Shown in pieces: positions 34,501-43,600 of a DNA stretch of 64,000 bases (position 1 is the first letter of the stretch; the number at the start of each line of letters is the position of its first letter). The notes beneath the pieces are model-generated. The model searched no databases. It was not told the DNA's origin and was given only the letters and a program-made list of their open reading frames with translations. The DNA comes from Eledone cirrhosa (taxonomy: Eukaryota). Made by a program: the position numbers and the translations under genes. The DNA lies in contig OZ024743.1 in assembly GCA_964016885.1 (NCBI GenBank), positions 270,196,001 through 270,260,000 on the forward strand, read 5' to 3'.

Positions 34501-36036
34501 TGAGGTGGTGTTGATGTTAGTGGTGTTGGTAGTAGTGTTTGAGGTGGTGTTGATGTTAGTGGTGTTGGTAGTAGTGTTTGAGGTGGTGTTGATGTTAGTG
34601 GTGTTGGGGGTAGTGTTTGAGGTGGTGTTGGTGTTAGTGGTGTTGGTAGAAGTGTTTGAGGTGGTGTTGATGTTAGCGGTGTTGGTAGTAGTGTTTGAGG
34701 TGGTGTTGATGTTAGTGGTGTTGGGGGTAGTGTTTGAGGTGGTGTTGGTGTTAGTGGTGTTGGTAGTAGTGTTTGAGGTGGTGTTGATGTTAGTGGTATT
34801 GGTAGTTGTGTTTGAGGTGGTGTTGATGTTAGTGGTGTTGGTAGTAGTGTTTGAGGTGGTGTTGATGTTAGTGGTGTTGGGGGTAGTGTTTGAGGTGGTG
34901 TTGATGTTAGTGGTGTTGGTAGTAGTGTCTGAGGTGGTGTTGATGTTAGTGGTGTTGGTAGTAGTGTTTGAGGTGGTGTTGATGCTAGTGGTGTTGGTAG
35001 TAGTGTTTGAAGTGGTGTTGATGTTAGTGGTTTTGGTAGTAGTGTTTGAGGTGGTGTTGATGTTAGTGGTGTTGGTAGTAGTGTTTGAGGTGGTGTTGAT
35101 GTTAGTGGTGTTGGGGGTAGTGTTTGAGGTGGTGTTGGTGTTAGTGGTGTTGGTAGAAGTGTTTGAGGTGGTGTTGATGTTAGCGGTGTTGGTAGTAGTG
35201 TTTGAGGTGGTGTTGATGTTAGTGGTGTTGGGGGTAGTGTTTGAGGTGGTGTTGGTGTTAGTGGTGTTGCTAGTAGTGTTTGAGGTGGTGTTGATGTTAG
35301 TGGTATTGGTAGTAGTGTTTGAGGTGGTGTTGATGTTAGTGGTGTTGGTAGTAGTGTTTGAGGTGGTGTTGATGTTAGTGGTGTTGGGGGTAGTGCTTGA
35401 GGTGGTGTTGATGTTAGTGGTGTTGGTAGTAGTGTCTGAGGTGGTGTTGATGTTAGTGGTGTTGGTAGTAGTGTTTGAGGTGGTGTTGATGCTAGTGGTG
35501 TTGGTAGTAGTGTTTGAGGTGGTGTTGATGTTAGTGGTTTTGGTAGTAGTGTTTGAGATGGTGTTGATGTTAGTGGTGTTGGTAGTAGTGTTTGAGGTGG
35601 TGTTGATGTTAGTGGTGTTGGTAGTAGTGTTTGAGGTGGTGCTGATGTTAGTGGTGTTGGTAGTAGTGTTTGAGGTGGTGTTGATGTTAGTGGTGTTAAT
35701 AGTAGTGTTTGAGGTGGTATTGATGTTAGTGGTGTTGGTAGTAGTGTTTGAGGTGTTGTTGATGTTAGTGGTGTTGGTAGTAGTGTTTGAGGTGGTGTTG
35801 ATGTTAGTGGTATTGGTAGTAGTGTTTGAGGTGGTGTTGATGTTAGTGGTGTTGGGGGTAGTGTTTGAGGTGGTGTTGATGTTAGTGGTGTTGGGGGTAG
35901 TGTTTGAGGTGGTGTTGGTGTTAGTGGTGTTGGTAGTAGTGTTTGAGGTGGTGTTGATGTTAGTGGTGTTGGTAGTAGTGTTTGAGATGGTGTTGATGTT
36001 AGTGGTGTTGGGGTAGTGTTTGAGGTGGTGTTGGTG
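25534..36036 (-). CDS. Longest stop-free frame (about 3,500 codons): Thr/Asn-rich mucin-like repeat (NTTTNTTNINTTS)n, switching at about 26660 to (TLLPTPLTSTPPQ)n. Coding status unproven.
   Basis: The ORF track gives 33228 to 25534 from an internal ATG. By my reading the same frame stays open upstream to the 1-bp deletion at 36010-36013 and the in-frame TAA at 36037-36039. There is no signal peptide, non-repetitive domain or credible start. The openness may simply follow from the stop-free repeat unit. Confidence 0.2.
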   Translation of the reverse strand, partial: HQHHLKHYPNTTNINTISNTTTNTTNINTTSNTTTNTTNTNTTSNTTPNTTNINTTSNTTPNTTNINTTSNTTTNTTNINTTSNTTTNTTNINNTSNTTTNTTNINTTSNTTINTTNINTTSNTTTNTTNISTTSNTTTNTTNINTTSNTTTNTTNINTISNTTTKTTNINTTSNTTTNTTSINTTSNTTTNTTNINTTSDTTTNTTNINTTSSTTPNTTNINTTSNTTTNTTNINTTSNTTTNTTNINTTSNTTSNTTNTNTTSNTTPNTTNINTTSNTTTNTANINTTSNTSTNTTNTNTTSNTTPNTTNINTTSNTTTNTTNINTTSNTTTKTTNINTTSNTTTNTTSINTTSNTTTNTTNINTTSDTTTNTTNINTTSNTTPNTTNINTTSNTTTNTTNINTTSNTTTNTTNINTTSNTTTNTTNTNTTSNTTPNTTNINTTSNTTTNTANINTTSNTSTNTTNTNTTSNTTPNTTNINTTSNTTTNTTNINTTSNTTTNTTNINTTSNTTTNTTNINTSSNTTTNTTNINTTTNTTTNTANINTTSNTTTNTTSINTTSNTTTNTTNINTTSNTTPNTTNINTTSNTTTNTTNINTTSNTTTNTTNINTTSNTTTNTTNINTTSNTTTNTTNINTSSNTTTNTTNINTTTNTTTNTANINTTSNTTTNTTNINTTSNTTTNTTNINTTSNTTPNTTNINTTSNTTTNTANINTTSNTSTNTTNTNTTSNTTPNTTNINTTSNTTTNTTNINTTSNTTTNTTNTNTTSNTTPNTTNINTTSNTTTNTTNINTSSNTTTNTTNINTTTNTTTNTANINTTSNTTTNTTYINTTSNTTTNTTNTNTTSNTTPNTTNINTTSNTTTNTTNINTTSNTTTNTIYINTTSNTSTNTTNTNTTSNTTPNTTNIKTTSNTTTNTTNINTTSNTTTNTTNMKTTSNTTANTTNINTTSNTTTNTTNINTTSNNTTNTTNTNTTSNTNPNTTNINTTSNTTTNTTNINTTTNTTTNTANINTTSNTTTNTTNTTTTSNTTTNTTYINTTSNTTTNTANINTTSNTTTNTTNINTTSNTTTNTTNINTTSNTTTNTTNINTTSNTTTNTTNINTTSNTTTNTTNINTTSNTTTNTTNINTTSNTTTNTTNINTTSNTTTNTTNINTTSNTSTNTTNTNTTSNTTPNTTNINTTNINTTSNTTTNTTNIYTTSNTSTNTNNINTTSNTTPNTTNINTTSNTTTNTTNINTTSNTTTNTTNINTTSNTTTNTTNINTTSNTTTNTTNINTSSNTTTNTTNINTTTNTTTNTANINTTSNTTTNTTNINTTSNTTTNTTNINTTSNTTPNTTNINTTSNTTTNTANINTTSNTSTNTTNTNTTSNTTPNTTNINTTSNTTTNTTNINTTSNTTTNTTNTNTTSNTTPNTTNINTTSNTTTNTTNINTSSNTTTNTTNINTTTNTTTNTANINTTSNTTTNTTYINTTSNTTTNTTNTNTTSNTTPNTTNINTTSNTTTNTTNINTTSNTTTNTIYINTTSNTSTNTTNTNTTSNTTPNTTNIKTTSNTTTNTTNINTTSNTTTNTTNIKTTSNTTANTTNINTTSNTTTNTTNINTTSNNTTNTTNTNTTSNTNPNTTNINTTSNTTTNTTNINTTTNTTTNTANINTTSNTTTNTTNTTTTSNTTTNTTYINTTSNTTTNTANINTTSNTTTNTTNINTTSNTTTNTTNINTTSNTTTNTTNINTTSNTTTNTTNINTTSNTTTNTTNINTTSNTTTNTTNINTTSNTTNNTTNINTTSNTTTNTTNINTTSNTTTNTTNINTTSNTTTNTTNINTTSNTTTNTTNINTTSNTTTNTTNINTTSNTTNNTTNINTTSNTTTNTTNINTTSNTTTNTTNINTTSNTTNNTTNINTTSNTTTNTTNINTTSNTTNNTTNINTTSNTTTNTTNINTTSNTTTNTTNINTTSNTTTNTTNTNTTSNTTPNTTNINTTSNTTTNTTNINTSSNTTTNTTNINTTTNTTTNTANINTTSNTTTNTTSINTTSNTTTNTTNSNTTSNTTPNTTNINTTSNTTTNTTNINTTSNTTTNTTNINTTSNTTTNTTNINTSSNTTTNTTNINTTTNTTTNTANINTTSNTTTNTTSINTTSNTTTNTTNINTTSNTTTNTTNINTTSNTTTNTTNINTTSNTTTNTTNINTSSNTTTNTTNINTTTNTTTNTANINTTSNTTTNTTNINTTSNTTTNTTNINTTSNTTPNTTNINTTSNTTTNTANINTTSNTSTNTTNTNTTNINTTSNTTTNTTNINTTSNTTTNTTNTNTTSNTTPNTTNINTTSNTTTNTTNINTSSNTTTNTTNINTTTNTTTNTANINTTSNTTTNTTYINTTSNTTTNTTNTNTTSNTTPNTTNINTTSNTTTNTTNINTTSNTTTNTIYINTTSNTSTNTTNTNTTSNTTPNTTNIKTTSNTTTNTTNINTTSNTTTNTTNIKTTSNTTANTTNINTTSNTTTNTTSNTTTNTTNINTTSNTTNNTTNINTTSNTTTNTTNINTTSNTTTNTTNINTTSNTTTNTTNINTTSNTTTNTANINTTSNTTPNTTNINTSSNTATNTTNINTTSNTTTNTTNINTTSNTTTNTTNINTTSNTTTNTANINTTSNTTPNTTNINTSSNTATNTTNINTTSNTTTNTTNINTTSNTTTNTTNINTTSNTTTNTANINTTTNTTTNTANINTTSNTTTNTTNTTTTSNTTTNTTYINTTSNTTTNTANINTTSNTTTNTANINTTSNTTTNTTNINTTSNTTTNTTNINTTSNTTTNTTNINTTSNTTTNTTNINTTSNTTTNTTNINTTSNTTNNTTNINTTSNTTTNTTNINTTSNTTNNTTNINTTSNTTTNTTNINTTSNTTTNTTNINTTSNTTNNTTNINTTSNTTTNTTNINTTSNTTNNTTNINTTSNTTTNTANINTTSNTTTNITNINTTSNTTTKTTNINTSSNTTTNTTNINTSSNTTTNTTNINTTSNTTTNTANINTTSNTTTNTANINTTSNTTANTTNINTTSNTTTNTTNINTTSNTTTNTANINTTSNTTANTTNINTTPNTTNNTTNINTTSNTTTNTTNINTTSNTTTNTANTTPPQTLLPTSLTSTPPQTLLPTPLTSTPPQTLLPTPLRSTPPQTLLPTPLTSTAPQTLLPTPLTSTPPQTLLPTPLTTTPRQTLLPTPLTSTPRQTLLPTPLTSTPPQTLLPTPLTSTPPQTLLPTPLTTTPRQTLLPTPLTSTPPQTLLPTPLTSTPPQTLLPTPLTTTPRQTLLPTPLTSTPPQTLLPTPLTLTPPQTLLPTPLTSTPPQTLLPTPLTSTPPQTLLPTPLTSTPPQTLLPTPLASTPPQTLLPTPLTSTPPETLLPTPLTSTPPQTLLPTPLTATPPQTLLPTPLTSTPPQTLLPTPLTSTPPQTLLPTPLRSTPPQTLLPTPLTSTPPQTLLPAPLTSTPPQTLLPTPLTSHHLKHSYQHH
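30800..34300. repeat. Higher-order duplication, period about 1926 bp, with a related partial copy at about 28550-29600
   Basis: ORF boundaries 30995/32921 and 31619/33545 differ by 1926. The rare variant ATGTAAATGG occurs at about 28751, 31457 and 33383. Boundaries are approximate. Confidence 0.8.
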
Positions 36037-36889
36037 TTAGTGGTGTTGGTAGAAGTGTTTGAGGTGGTGCTGATGTTAGCGGTGTTGGTAGTAGTGTTTG
36101 AGGTGGTGTTGATGTTAGTGGTGTTGGGGGTAGTGTTTGAGGTGGTGTTGGTGTTAGTGGTGTTGGTAGTAGTGTTTGAGGTGGTGTTGATGTTAGTGGT
36201 ATTGGTAGTAGTGTTTGAGGTGGTGTTGATGTTAGTGGTGTTGGGGTAGTGTTTGAGGTGGTGTTGATGTTAGTGGTGTTGGTAGTAGTGTCTGAGGTGG
36301 TGTTGATGTTAGTGGTGTTGGTAGTAGTGTTTGAGGTGGTGTTGATGCTAGTGGTGTTGGTAGTAGTGTTTGAGGTGGTGTTGATGTTAGTGGTTTTGGT
36401 AGTAGTGTTTGAGGTGGTGTTGATGTTAGTGGTGTTGGTAGTAGTGTTTGAGGTGGTGTTGATGTTAGTGGTGTTGGTAGTAGTGTTTGAGGTGGTGTTG
36501 ATGTTAGTGGTGTTAATAGTAGTGTTTGAGGTGGTATTGATGTTAGTGGTGTTGGTAGTAGTGTTTGAGGTGTTGTTGATGTTAGTGGTGTTGGTAGTAG
36601 TGTTTGAGGTGGTGTTGATGTTAGTGGTATTGGTAGTAGTGTTTGAGGTGGTGTTGATGTTAGTGGTGTTGGGGGTAGTGTTTGAGGTGGTGTTGATGTT
36701 AGTGGTGTTGGTAGTAGTGTCTGAGGTGGTGTTGATGTTAGTGGTGTTGGTAGTAGTGTTTGAGGTGGTGTTGATGTTAGTGGTGTTGGTAGTAGTGTTT
36801 GAGGTGGTGTTGATGTTAGTGGTGTTGGTAGTAGTGTTTGAGGTGGTGTTGATGTTAGTGGTGTTGGTAGTAGTGTTTGAGGAGTTGTT

Positions 36890-39800
36890 GATGTTAGTGG
36901 TGTTGGTAGTAGTGTTTGAGGTGGTGTTGATGTTAGTGCTGTTGGTAGTAGTGTTTGAGGTGGTGTTGATGTTAGTGGTGTTGGTAGTAGTGTTTGAGGA
37001 GGTGTTGATGTTAGTGGTATTGGTAGTAGTGTTTGAGGTGGTATTGATGTTAGTGGTGTTGGTAGTAGTGTTTGAGGTGGTGTTGATTTTAATGGTATTG
37101 GTAGTAGTGTTTGAGGTGGTGTTGATGTGAGTGGTGTTAATAGTAGTGTTTGAGGTGGTGTTGATGTTAGTGGTGTTGGTAGTAGTGTTTGAGGTGGTGT
37201 TGATGTTAGTGGTGTTAATAGTAGTGTTGGAGGTGGTATTGATGTTAGTGGTGTTGGTAGTAGTGTTTGAGGTGGTGTTGAAGTTAGTGGTATTGGTAGT
37301 AGTGTTTGAGGTGGTGTTGGTGTTAGTGGTGTTGGTAGTAGTGCTTGAGGTGGTGTTGATGTTAGTGGTGTTGGTAGTAGTGTTTCAGGTGGTGTTGATG
37401 TTAGTGGTGTTGGGGGTAGTTTTTGAGGTGGTGTTGATGTTAGTGGTGTTGGTAGTAGTGTTTCAGGTGGTGTTGATGTTAGAGGTGTTGGGGGTAGTGT
37501 TTGAGGTGGTGTTGATGTTAGTGGTGTTGGTAGTAGTGTTTGAGGTTGTATTGATGTTAGTGGTATTGGTAGTAGTGTTTGAGGAGGTGTTGATGTTAGT
37601 GGTATTGGGGTAGTGTTTGAGGTGGTGTTGATGTTAGTAGTGTTGGGGGTAGTGTTTGAGGTGGTGTTGGTGTTAGTGGTGTTGGTAGTAGTGTTTGAGG
37701 TGGTGTTGATGTTAGTGGTGTTGGGGTAGTGTTTGAGGTGGTGTTGGTGTTAGTGGTGTTGGTAGAAGTGTTTGAGGTGGTGTTGATGTTAGCGGTGTTG
37801 GTAGTAGTTTTTGAGGTGGTGTTGATGTTAGTGGTGTTGGGGGTAGTGTTTGAGGTGGTGTTGGTGTTAGTGGTGTTGGTAGTAGTGTTTGAGGTGGTGT
37901 TGATGTTAGTGGTATTGGTAGTAGTTTTTGAGGTGGTATTGATGTTAGTGGTGTTGGTAGTAGTGTTTGAGGTGGTGTTAATGTTAGTGGTGTTGGGGGA
38001 GTGTTTGAGGTGGTGTTGATGTTAGTGGTGTTGGTAGTAGTGTCTGAGGTGGTGTTGATGTTAGTGCTGTTGGTAGTAGTGTTTGAGGTGGTGTTGATGC
38101 TAGTGGTGTTGGTAGTAGTGTTTGAGGTGGTGTTGATGTTAGTGGTTTTGGTAGTAGTGTTTGAGGTGGTGTTGATGTTAGTGGTGTTGGTAGTAGTGTT
38201 TGAGGTGGTGTTGATGTTAGTGGTGTTGGTAGTAGTGTATGAGGTGGTGTTGATGTTAGTGTTTGAGGTGGTGTTGATGTTAGTGGTGTTGGTAGTAGTG
38301 TTTGAGGTGGTGTTGATGTTAGTGGTGTTGGGGGTAGTGTTTGAGGTGGTGTTGATGTTAGTGGTGTTGGTAGTAGTGTCTGAGGTGGTGTTGATGTTAG
38401 TGGTGTTGGTAGTAGTGTTTGAGGTGGTGTTGATGTTAGTGGTGTTGGTAGTAGTGTTTGAGGTGGTGTTGATGTTAGTGGTGTTGGTAGTAGTGTTTGA
38501 GGTGGTGTTGATGTTAGTGGTGTTGGTAGTAGTGTTTGAGGAGGTGTTGATGTTAGCGGTGTTGGTAGTAGTGTTTGAGGTGGTGTTGATGTTAGTGCTG
38601 TTGGTAGTAGTGTTTGAGGTGGTGTTGATGTTAGTGGTGTTGGTAGTAGTGTTTGAGGAGGTGTTGATGTTAGTGGTATTGGTAGTAGTGTTTGATGTGG
38701 AGTTGATGTTAGTGGTATTGGTAGTAGTGTTTGAGGTGGTGTTGATGTTAGTGGTGTTGGTAGTAGTGTTTGAGGTGGTGTTGATGTTAGTGGTGTTGGT
38801 AGTAGTGTTTGAGGTGGTGTTGATGTTAGTGCTGTTGGTAGTAGTGTTTGAGGTGGTGTTGATGTTAGTGGTGTTGGTAGTAGTGTTTGAGGAGGTGTTG
38901 ATGTTAGTGGTATTGGTAGTAGTGTTTGAGGTGGTATTGATGTTAGTGGTGTTGGTAGTAGTGTTTGAGGTGGTGTTGATTTTAATGGTATTGGTAGTAG
39001 TGTTTGAGGTGGTGTTGATGTGAGTGGTGTTAATAGTAGTGTTTGAGGTGGTGTTGATGTTAGTGGTGTTGGTAGTAGTGTTTGAGGTGGTGTTGATGTT
39101 AGTGGTGTTAATAGTAGTGTTGGAGGTGGTATTGATGTTAGTGGTGTTGGTAGTAGTGTTTGAGGTGGTGTTGAAGTTAGTGGTATTGGTAGTAGTGTTT
39201 GAGGTGGTGTTGGTGTTAGTGGTGTTGGTAGTAGTGCTTGAGGTGGTGTTGATGTTAGTGGTGTTGGTAGTAGTGTTTCAGGTGGTGTTGATGTTAGTGG
39301 TGTTGGGGGTAGTTTTTGAGGTGGTGTTGATGTTAGTGGTGTTGGTAGTAGTGTTTCAGGTGGTGTTGATGTTAGAGGTGTTGGGGGTAGTGTTTGAGGT
39401 GGTGTTGATGTTAGTGGTGTTGGTAGTAGTGTTTGAGGTTGTATTGATGTTAGTGGTATTGGTAGTAGTGTTTGAGGAGGTGTTGATGTTAGTGGTATTG
39501 GGGTAGTGTTTGAGGTGGTGTTGATGTTAGTAGTGTTGGGGGTAGTGTTTGAGGTGGTGTTGGTGTTAGTGGTGTTGGTAGTAGTGTTTGAGGTGGTGTT
39601 GATGTTAGTGGTGTTGGGGTAGTGTTTGAGGTGGTGTTGGTGTTAGTGGTGTTGGTAGAAGTGTTTGAGGTGGTGTTGATGTTAGCGGTGTTGGTAGTAG
39701 TTTTTGAGGTGGTGTTGATGTTAGTGGTGTTGGGGGTAGTGTTTGAGGTGGTGTTGGTGTTAGTGGTGTTGGTAGTAGTGTTTGAGGTGGTGTTGATGTT

Positions 39801-40680
39801 AGTGGTATTGGTAGTAGTTTTTGAGGTGGTATTGATGTTAGTGGTGTTGGTAGTAGTGTTTGAGGTGGTGTTAATGTTAGTGGTGTTGGGGGAGTGTTTG
39901 AGGTGGTTTGATGTTAGTGGTGTTGGTAGTAGTGTCTGAGGTGGTGTTGATGTTAGTGCTGTTGGTAGTAGTGTTTGAGGTGGTGTTGATGCTAGTGGTG
40001 TTGGTAGTAGTGTTTGAGGTGGTGTTGATGTTAGTGGTTTTGGTAGTAGTGTTTGAGGTGGTGTTGATGTTAGTGGTGTTGGTAGTAGTGTTTGAGGTGG
40101 TGTTGATGTTAGTGGTGTTGGTAGTAGTGTATGAGGTGGTGTTGATGTTAGTGTTTGAGGTGGTGTTGATGTTAGTGGTGTTGGTAGTAGTGTTTGAGGT
40201 GGTGTTGATGTTAGTGGTGTTGGGGGTAGTGTTTGAGGTGGTGTTGATGTTAGTGGTGTTGGTAGTAGTGTCTGAGGTGGTGTTGATGTTAGTGGTGTTG
40301 GTAGTAGTGTTTGAGGTGGTGTTGATGTTAGTGGTGTTGGTAGTAGTGTTTGAGGTGGTGTTGATGTTAGTGGTGTTGGTAGTAGTGTTTGAGGTGGTGT
40401 TGATGTTAGTGGTGTTGGTAGTAGTGTTTGAGGAGGTGTTGATGTTAGCGGTGTTGGTAGTAGTGTTTGAGGTGGTGTTGATGTTAGTGCTGTTGGTAGT
40501 AGTGTTTGAGGTGGTGTTGATGTTAGTGGTGTTGGTAGTAGTGTTTGAGGAGGTGTTGATGTTAGTGGTATTGGTAGTAGTGTTTGATGTGGAGTTGATG
40601 TTAGTGGTATTGGTAGTAGTGTTTGAGGTGGTGTTGATGTTAGTGGTGTTGGTAGTAGTGTTTGAGGTGGTGTTGATGTT
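36890..40680. repeat. Higher-order tandem duplication, period 1893 bp
   Basis: ORF starts 37131/39024 and 37729/39622 differ by 1893. Private variants GATTTTAATGG, GATGTGAGTG, TTGAAGTTA and the paired TTTCAGG units occur in both copies. The second copy has one extra 1-bp deletion near 39907. Confidence 0.9.
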
Positions 40681-43600
40681 AGTGGTGTTGGTAGTAGTGT
40701 TTGAGGTGGTGTTGATGTTAGTGGTGTTGGGGTAGTGTTTGAGGTGGTGTTGATGTTAGTGGTGTTGGTAGTAGTGTTTGAGGTTGTATTGATGTTAGTG
40801 GTATTGGTAGTTGTGTTTGAGGAGGTGTTGATGTTAGTGGTATTGGGGTAGTATTTGAGGTGGTGTTGATGTTAGTGGTGTTGGTAGTAGTGTTTGAGGT
40901 GGTGTTGATGTTAGTGGTATTGGTAGTAGTGTTTGAGGAGGTGTTGATGTTAGTGGTGTTGGTAGTAGTGTTTGAGGTGGTGTTGATGTTAGTGGTGTTG
41001 GTAGTAGCGTTTGAGGAGGTGTTGATGTTAGTGGTGTTGGTAGTAGTGTTTGAGGTGGTGTTGATGTTAGTGGTATTGGTAGTAGTGTTTGAGGAGGTGT
41101 TGATGTTAGTGGTGTTGGTAGTAGTGTTTGAGGTGGTGTTGATGTTAGTGGTGTTGGTAGTAATATTTGAGGTGGTGTTGATGTTAGTGGTGTTGGTAGT
41201 AGTGTTTGAGGAGGTGTTGATGTTAGTGGTGTTGGTAGTAGTGTTTGAGGTGGTGTTGATGTTAGTGGTGTTGGGGGTAGTGTTTGAGGTGGTGTTGATG
41301 TTAGCGGTGTTGGTAGTAGTGTTTGAGGTGGTGTTGATGTTAGGGGTGTTGGGGGTAGTGTTTGAGGTGGTGTTGGTGTTAGTGGTGTTGGTAGTATTGT
41401 TTGAGGTGGTGTTGATGTTAGTGGTATTGGTAGTAGTGTTTGAGGTGGTGTTGATGTTAGTGGTGTTGGAAGTAGTGTTTGAGGTTGTATTGATGTTAGT
41501 GGTATTGGTAGTAGTGTTTGAGGAGGTGTTGATGTTAGTGGTATTGGGGTAGTGTTTGAGGTGGTGTTGATGTTAGTGGTGTTGGTAGTAGTGTTTGAGG
41601 TGGTATTGATGTTAGTGGTGTTGGTAGTAGTGTTTGAGGTGGTGTTGATGTTAGTGGTATTGGTAGTAGTGTTTGAGGAGGTGTTGATGTTAGTGGTGTT
41701 GGTAGTAGTGTTTGAGGTGGTGTTGATGTTAGTGGTGTTGGTAGTAGTGTTTGAGGTGGTGTTGATGTTAGTGGTGTTGGTAGTAGTGTTTGAGGTGGTG
41801 TTGATGTTAGTGGTATTGGTAGTAGTGTTTGAGGAGGTGTTGATGTTAGTGGTGTTGGTAGTAGTGTTTGAGGTGGTGTTGATGTTAGTGGTGTTGGTAG
41901 TAGTGTGTGAGGTGGTGTTGATGTTAGTGGTGTTGGTAGTAGTGTTTGAGGAGGTGTTGATGTTAGTGGTGTTGGTAGTAGTGTTTGAGGTGGTGTTGAT
42001 GTTAGTGGTGTTGGTAGTAGTGTTTGAGGTGGTGTTGATGTTAGTGGTATTGGTAGTAGTGTTTGAGGAGGTGTTGATGTTAGTGGTGTTGGTAGTAGTG
42101 TTTGAGGTGGTGTTGATGTTAGTGGTGTTGGTAGTAGTGTGTGAGGTGGTGTTGATGTTAGTGGTGTTGGTAGTAGTGTTTGAGGAGGTGTTGATGTTAG
42201 TGGTGTTGGTAGTAGTGTTTGAGGTGGTGTTGATGTTAGTGGTGTTGGGGGTAGTGTTTGAGGTGGTGTTGATGTTAGCGGTGTTGGTAGTAGTGTTTGA
42301 GGTGGTGTTGATGTTAGTGGTGTTGGGGGTAGTGTTTGAGGTGGTGTTGGTGTTAGTGGTGTTGGTAGTAGTGTTTGAGGTGGTGTTGATGCTAGTGGTG
42401 TTGGTAGTAGTGTTTGAGGTGGTGTTGATGTTAGTGGTGTTGGTAGTAGTGTTTGAGGTGGTGTTGATGTTAGTGGTGTTGGTAGTAGTGTTTGAGGTGG
42501 TGTTGATGTTAGTGGTGTTGGTAGTAGTGTTTGAGGTGGTGTTGATGTTAGTGGTGTTGGTAGTAGTGTATGAGGTGGTGTTGATGTTAGTGTTTGAGGT
42601 GGTGTTGATGTTAGTGGTGTTGGTAGTAGTGTTTGAGGTGGTGTTGATGTTAGTGGTGTTGGGGGTAGTGTTTGAGGTGGTGTTGATGTTAGTGGTGTTG
42701 GTAGTAGTGTCTGAGGTGGTGTTGATGTTAGTGGTGTTGGTAGTAGTGTTTGAGGTGGTGTTGATGTTAGTGGTGTTGGTAGTAGTGTTTGAGGTGGTGT
42801 TGATGTTAGTGGTGTTGGTAGTAGTGTTTGAGGTGGTGTTGATGTTAGTGGTGTTGGTAGTAGTGTTTGAGGAGGTGTTGATGTTAGCGGTGTTGGTAGT
42901 AGTGTTTGAGGTGGTGTTGATGTTAGTGCTGTTGGTAGTAGTGTTTGAGGTGGTGTTGATGTTAGTGGTGTTGGTAGTAGTGTTTGAGGAGGTGTTGATG
43001 TTAGTGGTATTGGTAGTAGTGTTTGATGTGGAGTTGATGTTAGTGGTATTGGTAGTAGTGTTTGAGGTGGTGTTGATGTTAGTGGTGTTGGTAGTAGTGT
43101 TTGAGGTGGTGTTGATGTTAGTGGTGTTGGTAGTAGTGTTTGAGGTGGTGTTGATGTTAGTGGTGTTGGGGTAGTGTTTGAGGTGGTGTTGATGTTAGTG
43201 GTGTTGGTAGTAGTGTTTGAGGTTGTATTGATGTTAGTGGTATTGGTAGTTGTGTTTGAGGAGGTGTTGATGTTAGTGGTATTGGGGTAGTATTTGAGGT
43301 GGTGTTGATGTTAGTGGTGTTGGTAGTAGTGTTTGAGGTGGTGTTGATGTTAGTGGTATTGGTAGTAGTGTTTGAGGAGGTGTTGATGTTAGTGGTGTTG
43401 GTAGTAGTGTTTGAGGTGGTGTTGATGTTAGTGGTGTTGGTAGTAGCGTTTGAGGAGGTGTTGATGTTAGTGGTGTTGGTAGTAGTGTTTGAGGTGGTGT
43501 TGATGTTAGTGGTATTGGTAGTAGTGTTTGAGGAGGTGTTGATGTTAGTGGTGTTGGTAGTAGTGTTTGAGGTGGTGTTGATGTTAGTGGTGTTGGTAGT

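Noticed and set aside
26661-36009. Ice-binding or antifreeze beta-solenoid interpretation of the Thr-rich 13-mer
   Set aside because: Thr-richness alone is not enough. It lacks the Cys-containing TCT pattern of beetle antifreeze proteins and the Ala-Ala-Thr pattern of fish antifreeze glycoproteins, and there is no evidence of expression.
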